Position numbers and translations under genes: made by a program
Part shown: piece by piece, positions 45,213 to 52,756 of the stretch
Layout: every line of letters starts with the position of its first letter
Numbering within the stretch: position 1 is the first letter of the stretch
Source: Dehalococcoidia bacterium
GTDB taxonomy: Bacteria > Chloroflexota > Dehalococcoidia > Lucifugimonadales > JADFKI01
DNA length: 64,000 nucleotides
Direction: 5' to 3'
Assembly (NCBI GenBank): GCA_965200085.1
Contig: OZ241333.1
Location: forward strand, 547,704-611,703
Notes under the pieces: model-generated
Seen by the model: the letters and a program-made list of their open reading frames with translations, nothing else
Database searches by the model: none
What the model was told of the DNA's origin: nothing

Positions 45213-45755
45213 CTACTGCTGCTGCGCGAACCGGCGGTATATCTCCTCGTCGCTCAGCGCTTCTCGCCCGAACCACTTATCCTCAATAACCTGTCCCGCG
45301 TCCGCAATCCTTCCTATCACCGCCGTCGCCACATCTATAACCCGCTGCGGCGAATCAAGCTCATCCACAGGCAGCCCTTCCACCTCCAAGACAGCCTCAG
45401 TCAGCGCGCGCATCAGCTCCACAGGTGCAACTTGCGTCGCCGATAGCCGCGCCTTAAGCAGGCTCTGCATCACAGACGAACCCGAGTTACGCAGCATCAG
45501 CTCTGCCGCCACTTCAGCCCTGTTTTCAACCTGCACACCCAGCGAACTAGCCAGATCGCACAAGCAATTCACAAGCGTATCCGCGCTTCCGCCCTCACTC
45601 GCTGCCTGCTTAGCAGCAGTGTCCATAGCACGCGCTATGCTCTCTGCGCGCTCCAGCCAGCGCCCTAGCCAGATAAGGTTGTACGCCCTAGCATCTGTCA
45701 GCCAGTTATCCCTCGCGACGCTTATCGAGCGCGGCTCCGCCATCACTTGAATCAC
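45213..45755 (-). CDS. Short alpha-E-domain protein (180 aa)
   Basis: NLIWLGRWLERAESIARAMD matches the alpha-E N-terminal signature (W.gRylERAe..aR). Typical family members are much longer (about 300 aa by recall). Confidence 0.6.
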   Translation of the reverse strand: MIQVMAEPRSISVARDNWLTDARAYNLIWLGRWLERAESIARAMDTAAKQAASEGGSADTLVNCLCDLASSLGVQVENRAEVAAELMLRNSGSSVMQSLLKARLSATQVAPVELMRALTEAVLEVEGLPVDELDSPQRVIDVATAVIGRIADAGQVIEDKWFGREALSDEEIYRRFAQQQ

Positions 45756-45950
45756 CGTTCAGTCCTCCAAATCAATCATTTCCCCGAAATTGGAGCTAAC
45801 TCCGTGCCCTTTTGAGAAAGAACTACCATAACAAAATCTCTCACACCATCTATTCTACTATTATAGTCGCGTCAAAGTGTTATCATAGTGTTATCATTCT
45901 GTTAACTTTTCACACGCCTGTTATATCACGCAGTATGATGTTATTCCCAT

Positions 45951-46859
45951 TCACGCAGACTTGGCGTTCTCGATAAGGTTCATTGCATCCTCAAAAGATA
46001 CCCTCTCAGATGACGCCGTTACCTGAGCTACAACCACATCCAGCCATCCCGTCCCCTTGGAAACAAACGACCCCTCGATTGGAGATGCCTGCGTATAGTC
46101 TCGCCCCACCGCAAACTTCACGAGGTCCGTACCCCTGACGATGAACAGCCCGCGCGTCGGATCAGACGGCAGCCAACCAAATCTCGGATGCAGAAACTCC
46201 AGCCATGCATGCGTCTCACCCACCTGTCCGCTCATCAAGCCGCTCACATACCGCACCGGTACGCCAAGCGCCCGCAGCATGCCCATCGCCAAATGTGTCA
46301 TATCTTGACACACCCCCTCACGCGTATGAAGCACTTGTTCCGCAGTCGTCGCGACTGTCGTGCTGCCGCGAATGTAAGTTACATTCTCATACACCCAGCC
46401 TATCACGCGATCCACCGCCTCCAGCAGCCCCCTGCACCCGTCCGAAATCGTCCGCGCCGCATCCGACACCTTATCAGGATCCACCATCGGCGTCGGAAAA
46501 AGAAACTCTTCTGCAACTGCGTCATATCGCAGCTCATCTAGCGCAATCTCTTCAACAGCCGACGGCGGGTTGCTCAGCCGCACGCTGCCCACAGCCAGTA
46601 TCGTCAGCTCCCTGTGCGGCGATGTGAGGCGCACCCGATGCGTCGGATTGCCCAGTCTGTCCTTGTACTGCACCGGCCGAGTCGCAGGCACGGTTATCAC
46701 AGCAGATGCCACGGGCGTCTGAAATGCGTCTGCACACGCCGAGACGCGCAGAAAATTATCGTTGAGAATTACTGTGTCGGTATATATGTAGCGGGCGCCG
46801 TATGTATAACTGACATGCGTTCCCGCGCCGTTTACCGAACTACCCAGGTCGGCTTGCAT
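45951..46859 (-). CDS. Transglutaminase-like cysteine protease-fold protein with a Bact_transglu_N-type N-terminus
   Basis: The catalytic triad contexts are GVCQDMTHL (Cys), THAWLEF (His) and SDPT (Asp). The N-terminus is HVSYTYGARYIYTDTV..N.LRV. Confidence 0.85.
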   Translation of the reverse strand: MQADLGSSVNGAGTHVSYTYGARYIYTDTVILNDNFLRVSACADAFQTPVASAVITVPATRPVQYKDRLGNPTHRVRLTSPHRELTILAVGSVRLSNPPSAVEEIALDELRYDAVAEEFLFPTPMVDPDKVSDAARTISDGCRGLLEAVDRVIGWVYENVTYIRGSTTVATTAEQVLHTREGVCQDMTHLAMGMLRALGVPVRYVSGLMSGQVGETHAWLEFLHPRFGWLPSDPTRGLFIVRGTDLVKFAVGRDYTQASPIEGSFVSKGTGWLDVVVAQVTASSERVSFEDAMNLIENAKSA

Positions 46860-48226
46860 AGACCACCCGATGAGTTATTCGTAACGCGGTTGCCCGCCTG
46901 CGATACCCTCGTCAGACCGCCCGGAAACGCTGTGGCTTCACCGCGACCGTTCTGCACAGCGTACACGCGCAAGTCTATGTAGCGCTCGTCGTACTCGCCG
47001 CTTTCTTCGTCAAAAATGACATGCTGCGAGAAATCTATCGTCTCCTGCGCTATCATCGCTCGCGGGTTCTCTATTATCTGGCGCGTAAGCTGCGCCCGAT
47101 AGTTTCCGCCAAGATCAGGCATAATATACACGCCCAGCCCGCCGTAACCCTGCCGCGTCTTCAGCACCATCTTGTCCAAATTCTCCAATACATACGCGCG
47201 GCTTGCGGAATTGTCCAAGTCGTAGCTCACCGCCTGATCCAAAATCGGCTCTTCGTCAAGATAATGCCGTATCATGTCCGGCACCCACAAGAACACTAGC
47301 TTATCATCCGCCACGCTGGTGCCCATCCCGTTTACCAGCACGACCTTGCCATTCAGATAAGCGTCCGTAAGACCGGGGACAAAAATCTCCAAATCTTCTA
47401 CGCGGCGGTATATCAGATCAACATGCACATCCCCGTCCATCGTCTTCATCCGCACATCGCCCTCGTAGCCTATGTAAAGGTCGCTTCCTTCCACCAGCGG
47501 TATGCCCAGCAGCTCCGAAAGATAGCGATGCTCAAAAAACGCCGAGCCAAACTTGCTGTCCGTAAGCAGCACACACATCGGATCAGGCTCGTCGCACAGC
47601 GATGTAAACAGGTCTAGGTATGTATCCCGAATGTCGTAAGGTACGATGTCGTAGGCTTCAGCGAGCTCCGGAAATACGGAGTTCGCAATCTCCAGCGACT
47701 TCAGCTGATACGCAATCCCGGACGGTATCCGCAGATTATCTTCCAGCACCACATACCGCCCGTCCCGCTGCTGCACAAGGTCAATGCCATATATATGCAC
47801 AAACACATCCTTCGCCGGACGAAAGTCCTGATACTCAGGATAGAAGAACTGGCAGGAATACACCACATCATCCGGCACCACATCCTGCTGCCCCGCATAC
47901 AAATTCAGCAAAAACAAGTTCAGCGCCTTCATGCGCTGCTCCACGCCCGCCTTGATTACGCGCCACTCGTCCATGTCGATAATACGCGGAATCCAGTCCG
48001 TCGGCACAGGGCGGAACTCCTTCGGGTCAAGCGCAAAGGAGAATGCGTCCAGTTCCACTTCTCGCTTTGCCTGCTTCCAGCGCTGCCGCAGCTCGCCCTC
48101 ACCTATCTCATCGAGCGCCGCCATAACTTTCGAATACAGCGGACGAAGCTCGCCCGTATCCGTGCGATACTCGCTTACCGCAGCTTCCCTATGCCCTGGT
48201 AAGTGCGCCATACCTGCTGCCTCCAA
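46832..48226 (-). CDS. Circularly permuted type-2 ATP-grasp protein
   Basis: Length and sequence (YGIDLVQQRDGRYVVLEDNLRIPSG, VVLVNGMGTSVADDK, VLKTRQGYGGLGV) fit the family usually found with alpha-E and transglutaminase genes. It overlaps the next gene by 28 nt. Confidence 0.8.
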   Translation of the reverse strand: MEAAGMAHLPGHREAAVSEYRTDTGELRPLYSKVMAALDEIGEGELRQRWKQAKREVELDAFSFALDPKEFRPVPTDWIPRIIDMDEWRVIKAGVEQRMKALNLFLLNLYAGQQDVVPDDVVYSCQFFYPEYQDFRPAKDVFVHIYGIDLVQQRDGRYVVLEDNLRIPSGIAYQLKSLEIANSVFPELAEAYDIVPYDIRDTYLDLFTSLCDEPDPMCVLLTDSKFGSAFFEHRYLSELLGIPLVEGSDLYIGYEGDVRMKTMDGDVHVDLIYRRVEDLEIFVPGLTDAYLNGKVVLVNGMGTSVADDKLVFLWVPDMIRHYLDEEPILDQAVSYDLDNSASRAYVLENLDKMVLKTRQGYGGLGVYIMPDLGGNYRAQLTRQIIENPRAMIAQETIDFSQHVIFDEESGEYDERYIDLRVYAVQNGRGEATAFPGGLTRVSQAGNRVTNNSSGGLCKPTWVVR

Positions 48227-48394
48227 ATTGGCTCGTCCGCCTTCACTTATATGCGAAGGCCCCGGCTATATCAACAAAACCCGAAAATAAGTCTCTGCTA
48301 AACCCTCAACATGAAACCCGTAGAATACACAAGAAGTATTACATATATGTATCCTATCTTCATATCCCCAGCGTCAATATATTGGCTAATAAGA

Positions 48395-48868
48395 TTAGTT
48401 GGGAACTCTGTCCACGCGTGTGGCGCCGATAAAATCGTGGATTGTCCTGTGATCCGCCCTAAAAATGAACAGCGAATCCACAAGAAAGTAGATACCTCCG
48501 ATAGCAGGTATCCCAATCAGAATACCGTTTACAATGGTTCGGAGCAGAACAATGCGTGCCCAGCCGGGATGCCCCCCTGTAACGCTGTCCACCACACGCA
48601 CCTTCATTGCAATTTTTCCGATTGTCTGACCGCGTCTCCCCAGCAGAACCATTTGAATAACGATGAAAATAAAGGTTGACACCATTGCCAAACCGACTGC
48701 GCCTCCTACATCGCCAATATAAAACCCGACAGCTGCAAAGAATGTTCCCACTGCAATACTAATCGCTATATCAGTAATAAACGCAGCCAGCCGCGACCAC
48801 GGACTAGCTAACTCGCTCGCAGGCTGTTCCACTCCCATCTCGTCCGTCTCGTAAGGTCTGTACTCCAT
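48395..48868 (-). CDS. RDD-family membrane protein
   Basis: It has WSRLAAFITDIAI (R..A...D) followed by three TM segments, in 157 aa. Confidence 0.7.
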   Translation of the reverse strand: MEYRPYETDEMGVEQPASELASPWSRLAAFITDIAISIAVGTFFAAVGFYIGDVGGAVGLAMVSTFIFIVIQMVLLGRRGQTIGKIAMKVRVVDSVTGGHPGWARIVLLRTIVNGILIGIPAIGGIYFLVDSLFIFRADHRTIHDFIGATRVDRVPN

Positions 48869-49090
48869 ATCCGATCCCTTTCCCTGATTAAGTCAAGCAG
48901 GACAACCGCCATTATAGCAAGCAAACTATACGCTATGGGTGCAAGTGTCAAGCAGAAACTACGGGTAGCATCCGCCGCTCGCTCCCCACCTCGATCGCTA
49001 ACGAACCAACCGCCTAATCTTGCCCAAACTGCTGTATCATAGCCGTCAGCCTTTGGCAGCAGACCGCCGCATCCTCACCGGAGCAAAGAC

Positions 49091-49720
49091 GTGTTAGCAT
49101 TTATAGATGAATCGGGAGATACAGGAAGAAAGCTGCTGAACAATTCCAGCAGGTATCTTGTAGTGGCTGTAATTATATTCCAAAATAACTCGGACGCCCA
49201 AGCATGCGACGATGCAATCCATCAACTGCGAAGAGAACTTAATCTGCGCGCAGCCTACGAGTTCCACTACGCCGATAACTCACCCAGAGTCAAAGAAGCC
49301 TTTATCAGAAAGGTATCGGTACATCGTTTTACCTATCATGTATGTATTATCAACAAAGCGGCAGACAGCCTAACCGACGCAAGCCTGGAATACGGAAAAG
49401 AACTTTACAAATTCGCCATATCAAAAGCGATTGAAAGTGCAGAACCCCATCTGCGTAACGCATCCGTAATTATCGATGAGAGCGGAGGTAAAAGATTCGG
49501 ACGCGAGCTGTCGGCACATCTACGACAGAACCTGCGGGACAAAGGGATGGAACGATCAGCCAGAAAATTAGCGATGAAAAACTCAGAAGGAAATAATCTG
49601 CTGCAACTGGCAGATTATGTCGCAGGAATCGTAAATCGTGCGCTGCAAGGAAGACAAAGGGAAATGAGCTTTATGACACAATACTTGGCGCCTCACGAAA
49701 TAGGCAGGCAAGTGTTGTGA
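49091..49720 (+). CDS. DUF3800-family protein
   Basis: It has (V)LAFIDESGDTG at the N-terminus, an internal IIDESGG and NNLLQLADYVAG near the C-terminus, the signature layout of DUF3800. It has a GTG start and lies in a segment that looks AT-richer. Confidence 0.75.
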   Translation: MLAFIDESGDTGRKLLNNSSRYLVVAVIIFQNNSDAQACDDAIHQLRRELNLRAAYEFHYADNSPRVKEAFIRKVSVHRFTYHVCIINKAADSLTDASLEYGKELYKFAISKAIESAEPHLRNASVIIDESGGKRFGRELSAHLRQNLRDKGMERSARKLAMKNSEGNNLLQLADYVAGIVNRALQGRQREMSFMTQYLAPHEIGRQVL

Positions 49721-50061
49721 TAAAGCGCGTAATCGCGTAATAATGATGACTGAACCCTATCCATCCTCATGGGAATGGCAGGCCCCCAGTCAAGGGGACT
49801 TTTCGGGTTCAGCCCAATTCCAATTACCATTCTAACGAACGCCGGACGAATGTCAAGCGCGCCTTGAATCGTAAAACCGTCATCCAATTACACCCGCGCC
49901 GCCCAACTTAATGCCAACTTAATGTATGATGGTAGCAAACTTGTACCATACTCACGCCAAACTTGTAATTAACACTTTGTATATCCTGTACACTAATGCC
50001 AATGCCCATTTGGAGCCCAAATAGGCTTTCGCTCACAAGCCCCCATTCCAAAGGTGTTGTT

Positions 50062-52083
50062 ATGACCACATACAGATACTACCGCTGGGACGGCAGCCAG
50101 CAAGTCTTCAGCATGGATGCCGACGACCTCATGAATTCCATCGCCGACGACATCCTCGAACACGGCGACCCCACCCGCGCGCTCCGCAGCCTATTCCAGC
50201 GCGGCATTGACGACAGCCAAGGACAGCACGCCCCCGGCCTGCGCGACCTCCTGGAACGCCTGCGCCAGCAGCGTCAGCAGCAGCTCGAACGCTACAACCT
50301 AGACTCCATTATGGACGACGTCAAGGAACGCTTGCAGGATGTCATCGACACCGAACGGCAGGGCATCGAGCGCCGCCTGCAAGACGCCGAACGCCAGCTC
50401 CAAGAAGCAGGCGCCGACGCCGAACATCTGAAGGCGCCTATGCAGATGCTTCAAGAGCGCGCCCAGCGTAACAGCGATGCCCTCGATACCCTGCCGAACA
50501 ACACCGGCGGAAAAATCCAGCAGCTTCAAGACTACGATTTCATGGATCCCGAAGCGCGCCAAAAATTCAACGATCTGCTCGACACACTGCGCCAGCAAAT
50601 GATGCAGAACTTCTTCCAGCAAATGAAGCAGCAAATCCAAGACATGACGCCTCAAGACATCGAAGGCATCAAAAATATGATCCAAGCCCTCAACCAAATG
50701 CTGCACGACCGCGCTATGGGCGAAGACCCGGACTTCGAGGGCTTCATGGAGCAGTACGGCGAATATTTCGACCCCAACCGACCCGCAAGCCTCGACGAAC
50801 TCATCGAACAGCTTCAGCAGCAAATGGCAGCCATGCAGTCGCTCATGGACAGCATGTCTCCACAGATGCGAAACGAGCTCGAGTCCATGCTTGGCGCAGC
50901 AATAGATCCCGAATTCATGGACGAACTCGCGGAACTCGCAAGCATGATGTACGACATGTTCCCATTCGACGACATGGCGAACGATTATCCCTTCATGGGC
51001 GAAGAATCCATAACGCTGGACTCCGCAATGGAGCTTATGGCCGAACTGCGCGATATGGATCAGCTCGAACAGCAAGTACAGCAGGTCATGCGCAGCGGAA
51101 ACATCGAAGACCTCGACTTAGACCAAGTAGAGCAGATTATGGGAGAAGACGCCCGCCGCCAGCTCGAACAGCTCCAGCGACTCATACAGCAGCTCGAAGA
51201 AGCAGGCTACCTCAAACGCAAAGGCGACAGGCTTGAACTAACACCGCGCGGCATACGCAAACTTGCGCAGCAGGCGCTCCGCGAAGTCTTCTCCGAACTC
51301 AAGAAAGACCGCATGGGACGCCACGAAATCTACTCGCGCGGCGACGGCGGCGAGCGCACCGGCGAGACCAAACCCTACGAATTCGGCGACCCGTTCGACA
51401 TCGACCTGCACCGCACCCTGTTCAACTCCACCCTGCGCAACGGCCCCGGCACGCCCCTGCGTATCAGCCCGGAAGACTTCGAGATTCACCACACCGAACA
51501 CATGACACAGACCGCCACCGCCCTGCTCATCGATCAGAGCCGTTCAATGGGTATGTTCGGCAGTTTCTCCGCAGCCAAAAAAGTCGCGCTCGCACTCTAC
51601 TGGCTCATCCACAGCCAATATCCGCGCGACTACCTGTACATCATCGGCTTCTCAGACTACGGCATGGACATCGCCACAGACGATCTCGCCGACCTAACTT
51701 GGAACGCCTGGGTGTCCGGCACAAACATGCAGCACGCACTCATGCTCGCACGCAAAGCGCTCTCACGCCAAAAGGTCGCCACTAAGCAAATCCTTATGAT
51801 TACCGACGGTGAACCTACCGCCCACCTCGAACACGGGCGCGCGTACTTCAGCTACCCACCTAGCTGGCGCACCATCGAGGAAACGCTCAAAGAGGTTAAA
51901 CGCTGCACACAAGAAGGCATTACCATCAACACCTTCATGCTCGAAGCCAACTACTACCTCATGGACTTCATCGACAAAATGACCCGCATCAACAAGGGGC
52001 GCGCCTTCTACACCGATCCCAGCCAGCTCGGACGCTATGTAATGGTGGATTATCTGCGCAGCCAGCGCAAGCGCATCTCATAA
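50062..52083 (+). CDS. Large VWA-domain protein with a long Q/E-rich coiled-coil N-terminal half
   Basis: The C-terminal VWA domain has the MIDAS motif ALLIDQSRSMG, ...SGTNMQHAL and ILMITDGEPT. The likely start is MTTYRYYRWDG at 50062. Confidence 0.8.
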   Translation: MTTYRYYRWDGSQQVFSMDADDLMNSIADDILEHGDPTRALRSLFQRGIDDSQGQHAPGLRDLLERLRQQRQQQLERYNLDSIMDDVKERLQDVIDTERQGIERRLQDAERQLQEAGADAEHLKAPMQMLQERAQRNSDALDTLPNNTGGKIQQLQDYDFMDPEARQKFNDLLDTLRQQMMQNFFQQMKQQIQDMTPQDIEGIKNMIQALNQMLHDRAMGEDPDFEGFMEQYGEYFDPNRPASLDELIEQLQQQMAAMQSLMDSMSPQMRNELESMLGAAIDPEFMDELAELASMMYDMFPFDDMANDYPFMGEESITLDSAMELMAELRDMDQLEQQVQQVMRSGNIEDLDLDQVEQIMGEDARRQLEQLQRLIQQLEEAGYLKRKGDRLELTPRGIRKLAQQALREVFSELKKDRMGRHEIYSRGDGGERTGETKPYEFGDPFDIDLHRTLFNSTLRNGPGTPLRISPEDFEIHHTEHMTQTATALLIDQSRSMGMFGSFSAAKKVALALYWLIHSQYPRDYLYIIGFSDYGMDIATDDLADLTWNAWVSGTNMQHALMLARKALSRQKVATKQILMITDGEPTAHLEHGRAYFSYPPSWRTIEETLKEVKRCTQEGITINTFMLEANYYLMDFIDKMTRINKGRAFYTDPSQLGRYVMVDYLRSQRKRIS

Positions 52084-52139
52084 TCGGAACACCGGATCAG
52101 CCCCGGAACACGGCTCAGCCCCGGAACACCGGATAAACC
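52084..52139 (+). repeat. Three tandem imperfect 18-19-nt repeats in the VWA-downstream intergenic spacer
   Basis: The units are tcggaacaccggatcagcc, ccggaacacggctcagcc and ccggaacaccggataaacc, lying directly between the stop at 52083 and the next start at 52155. Confidence 0.8.
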
Positions 52140-52154
52140 CATGGAGAAGCTCCC

Positions 52155-52631
52155 ATGAACAGCATCATGACCAAATGGTGGCTCATCGGTGCGGCAGCGT
52201 TCATAGCCGTGCTGCTCATAGCAAGCATCGTCATCGTCCTGCTGTCCGAAGAGACCGAATTCGCTCCGGGTACGCCCGAAGCAGCAGTCCAAACTCTGCT
52301 GCGCGCCGCCGAGAACGACGACATCGAAACGGCTTACGGCATGCTGTCTGAAGACCTTCAGCAAAAATGCAAACTCCAGCAATTCATAGACGATAACAAC
52401 AGATACGGCTCTTACAGAGAGACAGACTTCAGGGCAACACTGCGGGATACCAAACTCATCAACGGCGACGCCGTCGTAAGAGTACAGATAACCGAATTCT
52501 ACGGCGGGGATCCCTTCGACAGCTCACAATACTCCCGCGACTGGCGCTTCGTCTTGCAGCAGCAGGACGGCGACTGGCGTTTCGCAGAGTATCCTTGGCC
52601 CTATGAATACTGCCGCGAAGAAGACAACTAA
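52155..52631 (+). CDS. Membrane-anchored hypothetical protein (N-terminal TM plus small globular domain)
   Basis: WWLIGAAAFIAVLLIASIVIVLL is followed by about 125 aa of soluble domain (AVQTLLRAAENDD.., WRFVLQQQDGDWRFAEYPWPYEYC). I can name no family. Confidence 0.55.
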   Translation: MNSIMTKWWLIGAAAFIAVLLIASIVIVLLSEETEFAPGTPEAAVQTLLRAAENDDIETAYGMLSEDLQQKCKLQQFIDDNNRYGSYRETDFRATLRDTKLINGDAVVRVQITEFYGGDPFDSSQYSRDWRFVLQQQDGDWRFAEYPWPYEYCREEDN

Positions 52632-52756
52632 ATCCTGTGCAGCCGTAAGTTTCGCCAAAAGCACACACTCACAGCGTCTTTACCTTTGTTCTGTCCACTC
52701 ATATCAGCCTCACCCATGAGGCGCCGAGCCATTACGCACTATAAAAGGAACTCCCT

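Noticed and set aside
49740-49830. A possible structured RNA downstream of the DUF3800 gene: CTGAACCC...GGGTTCAG enclosing CCCC-agtcaa-GGGG.
   Set aside because: The stems are short (8 and 4 bp) with a long unpaired interior, and there is no recognisable RNA family. At most this is a weak terminator.
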